In this document: piece by piece, positions 9,501-17,952 of the stretch
Layout: every line of letters begins with the position of its first letter
Position numbering within the stretch: the stretch's first letter is position 1
Assembly (NCBI GenBank): GCA_043814605.1
Contig: JBDRJV010000035.1
Coordinates: forward strand, 10,275 to 74,274
Reading direction: 5' to 3'
Length of the DNA: 64,000 bases
DNA from: Candidatus Omnitrophota bacterium
GTDB taxonomy: Bacteria; Omnitrophota; Gorgyraeia; B26-G9
The notes under the pieces: model-generated
What the model was told of the DNA's origin: nothing
Seen by the model: the letters and a program-made list of their open reading frames with translations, nothing else
Database searches by the model: none
Made by a program: the position numbers and the translations under genes

Positions 9501-9933
9501 TCTGATAATACAATGTCTCCAAAGAAGTTCTTTGTTTATATTCAAGAGGCATTTTCGATAGGATAGTATCGGCTAAAAGCAGATTCAAAAAAATAAATTC
9601 TTCTTTTTCTGCAGAATCCAGCCTTTTCTGCCCCAGGAAGTTTTTTTCTGAAATTAATTGGAGCAGTTCAGCTTCTTTGTCGGTTCTTGCTCTAAACGGA
9701 AGTTCAGATAAAGAATCAATGATATATACAGGTTCATACTTTTTTGTTTCTTTCTTGGTTTCGGCAGTCTTTGAAAAAACATTTTGTATTGCTTTATTGC
9801 TAAGCTCTATATCCGGAGCAAGATTATCATGGTCATAAGTAATAAAAGCCAGAGCATTGCTTAATAATAATAATTGTATCAGCAATAAACTTGTAAGATT
9901 TGTGATGAATTTTAATTTCTTATTTATTTTCAT
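6556..9933 (-). CDS. Large exported protein: Sec signal peptide, K/E/N-rich low-complexity N-terminal half, C-terminal PEP-utilising enzyme (Enzyme I-like) phosphohistidine and PEP-binding domains
   Basis: Predicted start MKINKKLKFITNLTSLLLIQLLLLSNALAF (ATG 9931-9933, AGGA 9 nt upstream). The track start at 9993 is a TTG inside a repeat. The C-terminal roughly 560 aa carry a GIVTRKGLKHYSLVAKGEGFPII His region, GVDGIALYRTENEF (G..G..LYRTEF), SIGTNDLITFLAVHRGEK (the FSIGTNDL motif) and LCGTLASSPE (CGE.AGDP-like). Confidence 0.55.
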   Translation of the reverse strand: MKINKKLKFITNLTSLLLIQLLLLSNALAFITYDHDNLAPDIELSNKAIQNVFSKTAETKKETKKYEPVYIIDSLSELPFRARTDKEAELLQLISEKNFLGQKRLDSAEKEEFIFLNLLLADTILSKMPLEYKQRTSLETLYYQIISINEMIKNILNNKNQEQKFILTLRNVSIEGQEFTESFVVYKNEAGVKGKISEFIEKTLKGNTYKDTSATFKTNENLAEDDLGIMFIEMHEISTEEKADKKGLNIDAIKSNLFGKEKNLISMDQMKGKQINLGTIAKNRDEKRRKIQLITEEMRETMKKGFSVNGVSNKTPPNCYSGIMVKAEEDPKYLSYPLKGYTSQNIIQDIDDLGKAISNIIKNLEDKNHQYRNEVKSLFNKAFSLSVDYAHETKKSPIVKFLSEIMNFTENESDNADLNNEIFSAAIDISKVLYKIMEADENLNPKNEEEKFLIDTFLEIDKEYSEKLKKYTLELNKIKKKYGEKSKEFNEYNSNIIATCKSFKGSLQNLTWKTLYLMRNKNYSVERAIFSGTQPLAVHSINPNSVVINSAIENATAANELYRLYKLKKSKKDYSESDKVSIKINNAPKESAFILLLPQDIGSIPEYWRIRKLYPNCVGIVTRKGLKHYSLVAKGEGFPIIAEASTTINGVRVSTLEAIEGGEVAILNTKDHSLIINPNDMDKKKAIAIQKDAVAREKYCKNKILDPVKTKDGTEMSLMVNLDGFEGATQFDKIGVDGIALYRTENEFQRFESDIPEDKWIEIFKDIIIQSKVKSLSVRMPDRQLSRAADADVKDFYDLVLTEDEVNDQERVDDKLQGIEFILDDAVGQRITKNLIKAAMRVYAEHGVIKVFFPMVSTVDELVRERDLVKKAETELLEKDENKREEEDPSYIKISEEDIKGFQIGLMFETTSSVLSSSSLMEISDFGSIGTNDLITFLAVHRGEKVERGTVGMSEILNQLSPDLIDALNILLSNSKKYNYPLTLCGTLASSPEFLLYAAYCKAAQKGEIIPSIGIAEVAYVKEFIRHINTKNLNKIFNEFFKDKKFYNLKEALESEVNRINNQIQREADNAFISDDRTVDEIFSESIRSGKGIPSIPRFLPEMNLPQKWFAPELSYPDIIIEQAI

Positions 9934-9951
9934 TTCAATTGTCCTGCTTTT

Positions 9952-10001
9952 TAAGTAGCGAGTAGTACCCTTACGGGCACAAGCGAGTAGCAAGTAGCGA
10001 G
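9952..10001. repeat. Heptad-repeat intergenic element, copy 1 of the 45-bp variant
   Basis: AGTAGCG/AGTAGTA/AGCGAGT/AGCAAGT 7-bp units flank the near-palindrome gtacccttacgggcac. It is nearly identical to 36533-36582. Confidence 0.7.
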
Positions 10002-10041
10002 AAAAATATTTTTACTTTATGCTAATCGCTAAGCGCTATCT

Positions 10042-11343
10042 TTAAATCGCCTGTTCGATTATCCCTTTATTAATAAATAAATTACTTTCTTGCGCTTCAA
10101 TGGGCAATGCTGGCTTTATTTGTTCGAATAAAACATTGAAATCCAACATGGAGTTTTGCGCTTTTATTGCAAAAATATCAAAATTATCCCAACCTTCAGA
10201 TTCATATGAATTAATTTTTTCAGTGATCAAGTTATATTTTTTAAATAAATCATAAATATAGTCGCTCCCCTTTAACACAACCATGTATAAAACTCCGTTG
10301 GGAGTAAGATACATATTAAATTCAGAAAACAATTTATTAAAAAACTCATAACTATTTTCTATTTCGGATACCCCTCGGCGTTGGTTAAATTTCGGAAAAA
10401 TTGTTTCCCCGGGTGGGAAAAATGCCATTGCACTAAATTTTCGCCCTTTTAAATTAGCAAATAAATTAGAATTTATTACTTCTACTTTATCCTCAACTCC
10501 TAAAGCATTAACTACCATCCGCGTATTTGTTATTGCTGTTTTTTTGTAATCAATGGCAACTGCGTTAGCTCCTGTTTTTTTTGCAATAATTCCGCTAAGA
10601 AAACCTGCGCCTGAGCCAATTTCTAAAATCTTATCCTGAGAATTAACTCTTTCTAAAACACTTTTTATCAGTATTTCTGTAGCTTTATTAATTGGATAAT
10701 ATACAGCAGAAACATATGGCAATTTATCAATACCTATATTCCAGTTTTTTAAAGAAACAGGCTTTATTAAAAAGATAGAAACTCCTTCATCAAAAATAAG
10801 TGAATTATCTAGTTGTTTTTTTAATTTTGGTAATTGTTCCGGGTCTAAATCCATCGCGGTAATTTCAACAAGATTGATTAAAAAAGTTCTTCGGTAATGC
10901 ATTAATTTTATCTTTAGTGCTAAAGGGTAGTTATCAGAATTTCTGATTAAAAATGCTTCAAATTCATTATTTAGACCTGGGATAATTTCTTTAACTAATT
11001 CTGTATTACCAATATTGACCGGAATATTGTTAGCGATTGGATTTTTCTGCTTAATAATTTCAAGTTTCAAATCGTCTAAAAAAACTTCAACCGTAGAATT
11101 AAGCTTAGGAAATTTAATTTTATCAAATAATGGTTTATTCCTATTCTGCCTGGTTAGAGAAATTTGTATATTTTTAAAAATTTCAGAAAAGTTATTAGCA
11201 TTTAATTGCATTGCCGGTGAAAGCAAATCGCTATTTTTATACGCAAAATTTTTCCCTGCTCCAAATGCCCATGTATGGGTTATTAAAATAAGCATTTGAA
11301 TTAAAATAAGTAATAGAATATTAAAAAACAATTTCTTATTCAT
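10042..11343 (-). CDS. Exported protein with a C-terminal class-I SAM-dependent methyltransferase fold (HemK/PrmC-like, degenerate NPPY)
   Basis: Signal peptide MNKKLFFNILLLILIQMLILITHTWAF. Motif I ILEIGSGAGFLSGIIAKK. A motif-IV-like AFFPPGE in place of NPPY. Confidence 0.5.
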   Translation of the reverse strand: MNKKLFFNILLLILIQMLILITHTWAFGAGKNFAYKNSDLLSPAMQLNANNFSEIFKNIQISLTRQNRNKPLFDKIKFPKLNSTVEVFLDDLKLEIIKQKNPIANNIPVNIGNTELVKEIIPGLNNEFEAFLIRNSDNYPLALKIKLMHYRRTFLINLVEITAMDLDPEQLPKLKKQLDNSLIFDEGVSIFLIKPVSLKNWNIGIDKLPYVSAVYYPINKATEILIKSVLERVNSQDKILEIGSGAGFLSGIIAKKTGANAVAIDYKKTAITNTRMVVNALGVEDKVEVINSNLFANLKGRKFSAMAFFPPGETIFPKFNQRRGVSEIENSYEFFNKLFSEFNMYLTPNGVLYMVVLKGSDYIYDLFKKYNLITEKINSYESEGWDNFDIFAIKAQNSMLDFNVLFEQIKPALPIEAQESNLFINKGIIEQAI

Positions 11344-11577
11344 AATTATTAATTTATCGTTAATTTATACTTTTAAAATGGTTTTATTATATTATATAAT
11401 TATATCATATTTAAATTAACTTTGCAAATCATTGAATTTATAACTTTCTTTATATCAATTAGATATGATAACTTATAAGTAAAATTTATCTTTAAACATT
11501 AAATTTAACTAATTAACTAAATAAAATACTCAACTAGTTTAAAATACCATAGTTAAGTGTTTATGAACATTAGGTTT

Positions 11578-14500
11578 TTAAATTGAACGCTCTAAATTCA
11601 TTATGAGTGCTTGCGAAGGAGCAGCGCTTTTTTCTAATATTTTATCTTCTCCTGTGTTTTTGACTGCTTCAGCCTGTTGTTGGGATAATTTTTCACTGAG
11701 TAATTCTAAAGCTTTTTTCATTGTTTGTTTTATTACAGGCAATTTAGTTTTGTCTTTGTAAAATATAACTAATCCCGGAGTCCCGCCAATAGCCATCATT
11801 CTTGCACTGTTACCGAATTCATAAACATTTAAGGCAATATTTAAAGTTAAACCTTTAGAGATTTCCAAAGAACCAAGCTCCCCTTCACCTTCCGGAAAAG
11901 AATGCGTAGGAATAAGAAATGCCAGAATTGACCTTTCAACCTGTGCCTGCATTCCTTCAATCGCAACATGAGAGAAACCCGGAAATACCATGCTAAAATT
12001 ACTAATCCCGAATTTCCCTAAATTTTCATTAATACTTTTTTTAACCTCTCCGATGTTTTCATCCTGAGCATCTGAAATCATATATCCTAAGCCAAAATAT
12101 TCAACAGTATCCAACCTGCCTTGTTGCTGTAACAAGTTAAAATAATAGCTTGCAATTACCTCCGGAGCATCATCGAAAGATTTATCCTTATAATTATTTT
12201 CTTCTTCCTGAGATATATTTTGTTCGCAAGCCACAGACATAACTATTCCGTTGTCTATATCCTTATGCACAACAACTTCATTATCTAAAGGCGGCAACGA
12301 ATAATCACTGCTTAATCTGCCCATATTTTTAAAGGCCTCGAAAGAATCCAAAATCACATCAACCATTTCTGTTTTTTTACCGCCAGATTCTGCATAATCA
12401 CTATAAAATATTGTCTTATTAATCGCTGCCAAAATTATTCCTGCTAAATCTTCAAGATTAACCCCCAAATCATCAGCAACCGGAATCAGCACATTCTCAA
12501 TATAAGCATTAAAAGCTCCTGGCAAACTGATATCATTTACATTCATTTTTGCCTGTTTAATTTTATCTGTAAGCTGTTTACGCCACTCGGATCTTCTTAT
12601 CGCTTTAGCCGCTTGAGCATTTTCTACAACCTCTTTCATCGGGATTATTCTATCTTTAAAACTTAATGCCTCACCAGGCTGTTTAAGCTGGCGCAGCATC
12701 AGAATTCCCTGAGATTCCGCTGTTGTTTCTCGGGTTGTTTTTACCGCAAGATTTGAGGTTGGGTCTTTATCTTCAAAATGGGAAAGCGTGATTACTTCTG
12801 TCTGCATCAGAACGGTAGCCCGGGCTTGAACCGCTAAATTATAGGCTAATTTTCTGTCTACTTCTGCCTGAGAATCACCTTTATTGACCTTTTCTATCCG
12901 CAACTCAATTACCTGCACAGGGATTTGATATAAACTTCTTAACATATTACTTTGAATTCGCATCGCCGCAGCCTCAGGAGAATTAGAGTCAATAAAAAAT
13001 ATAAACTGATAAAGATCAGGCCGGGCTTGTGCCAATTGCATATAATCATTATTGTTATCTCCAAAAGCAGAGAAAGAATGAATAAAATTATTTCTTTGTA
13101 ACCCCGGCGCCAGGCCGGCAATACCTTCATTTGTATTCTGCGCATGTTCCATAATAAAATTTGATAAAGTTTCCGGATAAACCATCCAAAATTTATTACG
13201 ATCTTTTGTATAATTTCGGCGTGCAGAAACAGCTAATTTACTTGCCGCGTTATTCATTGCCTGGTTAAGATTATTATCTTTTATCCGTTTCGGCATTAAT
13301 TCAATATTCGTTTGATAAATCCCCTGAGCATAAACCTTGAGCATTTTTTCCGCCCAATCAAATGTTTTATGTTTATCTTTAAACTGTTTATATCCGATAA
13401 TTGCCAGCCAGGAATATAAAGGCCCATAAACCATATCTGTTAATTCTAACATGTGCCGGCCGCCAATATCACTTCTGGTATTATCAATAAAGTAAACTGT
13501 CCCTTGCTCTGGATCAATGCTCATGGTCAAATTTTTTACTCTTCCTGCATTAGCCCAGGAAATCACATTTAAAATCTGCAGGAAAGCATTCGGATTAATC
13601 AGAATTTCCTGTAAATCAGCGGGTTCCGTTGTATTCCCGCTGCGGCTCATAACCCACATGATTACATTTTTAATTGTCGGGTCTCTAAAATTTTCTAAAA
13701 CCTGAAGGATTTGTGCCGGATTATCAACAATTTGTAAATTAAAGTTTATGCCTAAAGCTTTAACTAATTGATCCAGGATATCTCTTAAACGACGCGCATA
13801 CTGTTCATTTGCGCCAATGCCATTATTCAACACATTATCAATTTCTTCTATGTTCAGGTTATTTTCCATAAAATTTCTTAAGCCATCAATTGATTCTCTT
13901 AAATCCGAAAGCCCTTTTTCTCCATAAATTTCCAGATTAGATTCACTTGTAAACCACTCTGGTTTTTCTTTTCCATAACCAGGAAGCTGTAAAAACCGGC
14001 CGTAAAAATCATCAATCCCGTCAAAATGCGGAAAACTTGTTGTCTGCGCATCAATAAACTTTTGGATTAAAAGATTAGACAAATAATTTGCTGGGCCTGG
14101 ATTTAAAGCCGGGCTTTGCGAAGCAGGATAAACAGTAACTTCTTTATCCGTTACATTAATTTTAAGATAATTGTCACTTAAATCACTTATATTTAATGTT
14201 CCTGCATGTTTTGCTGCGTTAAGTTCATATCTTAGTATTTTAGATTTTAACTTTGGATTTTTCTTTAATATTTCCAAAACCTGCTCTTTAGTCTTACCGG
14301 ATTTTTTTGCTAATTCAATCACCGCCGGAACAAATGCATCTGCATCTAATGCATTAATAATTGTGCCAATAAGCCTTTCATAATTATATATACCGGCAAG
14401 ATCCATAGAAGCTTTAATCTCTTGCATTAAAAATTTTGGGTTTATTGCGGGTATCGCGTACTTTTTTAGAATATCTTCTTTCTTAATGCTAAACATTTGA

Positions 14501-14676
14501 TAGAAATTGATATTTTGCATATTAATAACTGGAGCAAGATTATTTCTTTCTTGAGGATTTGCACTTAATGACTTAATATCCCCGTCAGCAAAAGACATAT
14601 TTGATAATAAAAAACCATGAATAATTAGAAGAGTAAGAACTTTAACCCAAAATTTTCCTGTAAGAAACTTAACCAT
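11578..14676 (-). CDS. Large exported protein (1032 aa) with a central SIS/phosphoglucose-isomerase-like motif
   Basis: Signal peptide MVKFLTGKFWVKVLTLLIIHGFLLSNMSFA. VIMWVMSRSGNTTEP resembles the PGI SIS motif (V.SKSGTT.ET), and GGRHM..SWLAIIG is nearby. Confidence 0.4.
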   Translation of the reverse strand: MVKFLTGKFWVKVLTLLIIHGFLLSNMSFADGDIKSLSANPQERNNLAPVINMQNINFYQMFSIKKEDILKKYAIPAINPKFLMQEIKASMDLAGIYNYERLIGTIINALDADAFVPAVIELAKKSGKTKEQVLEILKKNPKLKSKILRYELNAAKHAGTLNISDLSDNYLKINVTDKEVTVYPASQSPALNPGPANYLSNLLIQKFIDAQTTSFPHFDGIDDFYGRFLQLPGYGKEKPEWFTSESNLEIYGEKGLSDLRESIDGLRNFMENNLNIEEIDNVLNNGIGANEQYARRLRDILDQLVKALGINFNLQIVDNPAQILQVLENFRDPTIKNVIMWVMSRSGNTTEPADLQEILINPNAFLQILNVISWANAGRVKNLTMSIDPEQGTVYFIDNTRSDIGGRHMLELTDMVYGPLYSWLAIIGYKQFKDKHKTFDWAEKMLKVYAQGIYQTNIELMPKRIKDNNLNQAMNNAASKLAVSARRNYTKDRNKFWMVYPETLSNFIMEHAQNTNEGIAGLAPGLQRNNFIHSFSAFGDNNNDYMQLAQARPDLYQFIFFIDSNSPEAAAMRIQSNMLRSLYQIPVQVIELRIEKVNKGDSQAEVDRKLAYNLAVQARATVLMQTEVITLSHFEDKDPTSNLAVKTTRETTAESQGILMLRQLKQPGEALSFKDRIIPMKEVVENAQAAKAIRRSEWRKQLTDKIKQAKMNVNDISLPGAFNAYIENVLIPVADDLGVNLEDLAGIILAAINKTIFYSDYAESGGKKTEMVDVILDSFEAFKNMGRLSSDYSLPPLDNEVVVHKDIDNGIVMSVACEQNISQEEENNYKDKSFDDAPEVIASYYFNLLQQQGRLDTVEYFGLGYMISDAQDENIGEVKKSINENLGKFGISNFSMVFPGFSHVAIEGMQAQVERSILAFLIPTHSFPEGEGELGSLEISKGLTLNIALNVYEFGNSARMMAIGGTPGLVIFYKDKTKLPVIKQTMKKALELLSEKLSQQQAEAVKNTGEDKILEKSAAPSQALIMNLERSI

Positions 14677-14944
14677 GTTTTACTCCTTTATGGGCAAACA
14701 TTAATTAAAATATTTTTACTTGAGAATTAGGAATATTCCTTTTTAATTTACCTTTAAAAAGAAATAAATAAGTTCAAAAGTATACCATATAATATTGTTA
14801 TATACAAGGGCCGGAATAATTTTTCTTTTACTATAACTTGCTGTACATAAAGGTGTTAAGATAAAGATTGAAAATTGTTCAGCATATAATTTTATTAAAC
14901 AATTATTTTAATTTAATGGGGAGGAATTTTTATCCTAAAAACAA

Positions 14945-16348
14945 TTAAAACCGAAAAAGACGTTTAAGGGCAACATAAGAATACCAAAACATATTCAATT
15001 TATAAGGAAATCGGATAATTATCCGCACAATCCTTTTAATATCCAGAAAAAATTTACGATAGGCAAGCTTTTGTAATTGATGTAATCTTTTTGTGGCAAC
15101 TGTACTTAAATTAAAATCATGCAACCAATAATCAACTTCATAATATTGTTCTGCGGGTAATTTTGAGTATTTTTTTGCTAAATCCCATAATCCTGTTCGT
15201 TCAAAGGGAACAACAATAAAAAAATTTGCTAAATGAAGTTGAGATTTAACTGCAAAATCTATAGTCATTTTTACTTCCTCTTCAGTTTCAGTAGGAAATC
15301 CGAGCATAAAAAAAGCTTGGATAAGAATCTTATATTTATTAAGCAAGTTGATACTTTCAACTATTTTTTTTAAATCAAGATTTTTTTTAATTAATTTTTG
15401 AATACGTGCTGATGCTGTTTCAACTGCAACTGTAACTAAGTTTACTCCGGCAGCTTTTAATTTTTTAACATCCTCTTCATTAAGAATATCTCCTCTTAAA
15501 GCGTTAGGGAAAGAAAATGAAATATTTAACTTTTGTTCAACTATAGAATCAAGAATTTCATGCATTCTTTTTCTCTCAAAATTAAACGTATCATCATAAA
15601 TTAAAAATTGGTGAATATTAAAATTTTTCTGCATATATTTTATTTCATCAATTACATTATCCGGGCTTCTCCCTCTAAATTTCTTACCAAAAACATGATG
15701 ACAATACGCACATTGATAAGGACATCCGCGGCTTGTAAAAATCGGCAAATACCTTAATGGTCCTAAGGTAGACATATTTCTTGTTTTAAAATATTTTTTT
15801 AAATCTAACAGATCAAAAGCAGGATAAGGCAAGGAATCTAAGTTTTCCATAAAAGCAGGCGAACCTGTAAAAATAACCTTACCTTCTCGGGCAAAAGCAA
15901 TCCCTTTTATCTGAGACAAATTTCCGTTATTGAGCAATACTTTAACTATATTTTCTATTGTCCCTTCTGTTTCTCCTACAGCAACTAAGTCTATTGATGG
16001 CTCAAGAGCCAGACTATCATAATGAATTGTTGCATGAGCTCCTCCTACGATAAGTTTAACATCAGGTAATGTTTGTTTTATTTTATTAGCAACCTCAAGC
16101 ATCAATCCAGCATTATAAGTCATTGCCGATAAGCCGACAATTGCCGGGTTTTCTTTTTTAATCACCTCGGTAATTTCCTGCGGATTCATTTTTTTTATCT
16201 TCATATCAAGGATATGAACATTTTTAAAACCAGATTTGCGCATTACAGCTGCTAAATAGCAAATTCCCATCGGCGGGGTCATTATCGGATCATTAGATGT
16301 AAATTTTCCGATATTTATAAAAATTATTTTTCCCTGTTTTGACATCAT
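14945..16348 (-). CDS. B12-binding-domain radical SAM protein (paralogue 1)
   Basis: N-terminal cobalamin-binding-like domain (IVGLSAMTYNAGLMLEVANKIK..VGGAHATIH) followed by TSRGCPYQCAYCHH. Confidence 0.75.
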   Translation of the reverse strand: MMSKQGKIIFINIGKFTSNDPIMTPPMGICYLAAVMRKSGFKNVHILDMKIKKMNPQEITEVIKKENPAIVGLSAMTYNAGLMLEVANKIKQTLPDVKLIVGGAHATIHYDSLALEPSIDLVAVGETEGTIENIVKVLLNNGNLSQIKGIAFAREGKVIFTGSPAFMENLDSLPYPAFDLLDLKKYFKTRNMSTLGPLRYLPIFTSRGCPYQCAYCHHVFGKKFRGRSPDNVIDEIKYMQKNFNIHQFLIYDDTFNFERKRMHEILDSIVEQKLNISFSFPNALRGDILNEEDVKKLKAAGVNLVTVAVETASARIQKLIKKNLDLKKIVESINLLNKYKILIQAFFMLGFPTETEEEVKMTIDFAVKSQLHLANFFIVVPFERTGLWDLAKKYSKLPAEQYYEVDYWLHDFNLSTVATKRLHQLQKLAYRKFFLDIKRIVRIIIRFPYKLNMFWYSYVALKRLFRF

Positions 16349-16369
16349 TGAGTCTGTACGCCTTTCTGA

Positions 16370-17860
16370 TTAAAACATAATATTTTTAACCAAACTAAAA
16401 ATTTTAAATTCCCAAGGAAATTTAAAATTTAAATTCTTAAGACGATATCTGGCAATCGGTCTATATACTTTGCATAAAAGTCTAACAAAAACAGATTCGA
16501 TTATATCATTGCTTTTTTCATCAATAAATAAACTTAAGAAAAAAATAAAATTTAACTCTTTTTTTTCTTTGGCATTAAACCAGGGCGTAATTATCGTTGA
16601 ACCGTCTATTTTCGCCCATTCTTTTAAAGAACCAGGCATTTTAAAACCCTGTCCTTGTGCCTGTTCTAATAGTTTTGTCCCTGGCTGAGGAGTTAAACAA
16701 AAAGCCGATAATATCCTTGCTTGGGGATTATCTTCAAGCAGTTTAAACATTAAATCAATACTTTTCTTTAAATCTATACGTGTTTCACCCGGCATGCCAA
16801 TCGTAAAATAATAATAGCAAATCATATTAGTTTTTTTAAGACGATTATTTAATTGAATTATATCTAAAAGAGAGGATTTTTTCTGCATTCCTTCAAGCAT
16901 TTTAACAGAGCCTGATTCTGCTCCCATACGTAAAATAGAACATCCTGCGTGTTCGATCAGCTCCAAATAAGCATCACTGACGCTAATTAATTTATCAATA
17001 TCCACTCCTTGTAAAAACCATTTTATAGCTATATTTCTTTTTATTAATCCCCGGGCTATATCTTCAACTCTTTTTAGATCTGTAAAAAATGCATCATCAA
17101 TAAAATCCAAACAGCTAACATTATATTCTTTTACTAACCGTTCAATCCGCTTTAAAACTTTTTCTGCGGATTGAGCGCGCCATTTTCTTTTATTAAACAC
17201 AGGATTATAGCAAAAAATACAATCCTGCACACAGCCGCGGGAAGTTTCTATATTTAATTTTAGTTTGTCTTTTTCAAACCGGGATCCAGCACTAACATTA
17301 TATTCAGACACATTAATCAGATGATACGGCAAATCCGGTAATTCATTTAAATCAATAAAATCACGTATTCCGGTAAAAATAAACTCTTTGTTCTTTTTAT
17401 AATAAATACCCCTGACCTTTGAGATATCTTCTTTTTTTTCAATTGCCTGAGCAAATTCAAACAGAGTTTCTTCTGCTTCGCCCACACAAACATAATCAAT
17501 GCTGGGTTCTTTTAATACAACTTCCGGGATTAAACTCGGATGCACTCCTCCCCAGATTACAGGGATATTAATTTTTAATTTGAAATTTTTTGAACTTTTT
17601 AGATATTCAGAGATTTCCAGCGCATGCAAAATTTGTGTGCCCCCCATTGTATGCACGCCCGCTAAAATTGTATCTTCATTTACTATTTTTTTTAATTCGA
17701 GTTTCCAATCACAATATAAATTCTGGTCAAAAATTTTTACATCATATTTCTCTGTTAAATAAACCGCAGCACTTAATAACCCCAGCGGCAAGGGCCGTTT
17801 TTTACGCAGATTAACAAATAAACCGCCGGTTTTAGGATAAATGAGAATTATTCTTTTCAT
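16370..17860 (-). CDS. B12-binding-domain radical SAM protein (paralogue 2)
   Basis: Same architecture, with TSRGCVQDCIFCYNP. Confidence 0.75.
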   Translation of the reverse strand: MKRIILIYPKTGGLFVNLRKKRPLPLGLLSAAVYLTEKYDVKIFDQNLYCDWKLELKKIVNEDTILAGVHTMGGTQILHALEISEYLKSSKNFKLKINIPVIWGGVHPSLIPEVVLKEPSIDYVCVGEAEETLFEFAQAIEKKEDISKVRGIYYKKNKEFIFTGIRDFIDLNELPDLPYHLINVSEYNVSAGSRFEKDKLKLNIETSRGCVQDCIFCYNPVFNKRKWRAQSAEKVLKRIERLVKEYNVSCLDFIDDAFFTDLKRVEDIARGLIKRNIAIKWFLQGVDIDKLISVSDAYLELIEHAGCSILRMGAESGSVKMLEGMQKKSSLLDIIQLNNRLKKTNMICYYYFTIGMPGETRIDLKKSIDLMFKLLEDNPQARILSAFCLTPQPGTKLLEQAQGQGFKMPGSLKEWAKIDGSTIITPWFNAKEKKELNFIFFLSLFIDEKSNDIIESVFVRLLCKVYRPIARYRLKNLNFKFPWEFKIFSLVKNIMF

Positions 17861-17952
17861 GTTCAGGTCTCAGGTTACAAGTTACAGGTTTTAAGCCACA
17901 GGCATGTACTAATTCTTCTACTTGCTACTTGCTACTTACTGCCTGATGCTTG
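17861..17952. repeat. Heptad-repeat intergenic element with inverted arms
   Basis: Left arm CAGGTTA CAAGTTA CAGGTTT TAAGCCA CAGGCAT. Right arm CTTGCTA CTTGCTA CTTACTG CCTGATG CTTGTTA CTTATTG CTTGTTA. The arms are imperfect reverse complements of each other. It fills the whole gap between two rSAM genes. Confidence 0.7.

Noticed and set aside
9934-9993. N-terminal extension MLLACARKGTTRYLKSRTIE of the large exported protein, and similarly 58202-58231 for the downstream hypothetical
   Set aside because: These track starts are TTG codons located inside the heptad repeats. The downstream ATGs (9931-9933 with an AGGA RBS, and 58199-58201) give a canonical signal peptide or N-terminus and were preferred.
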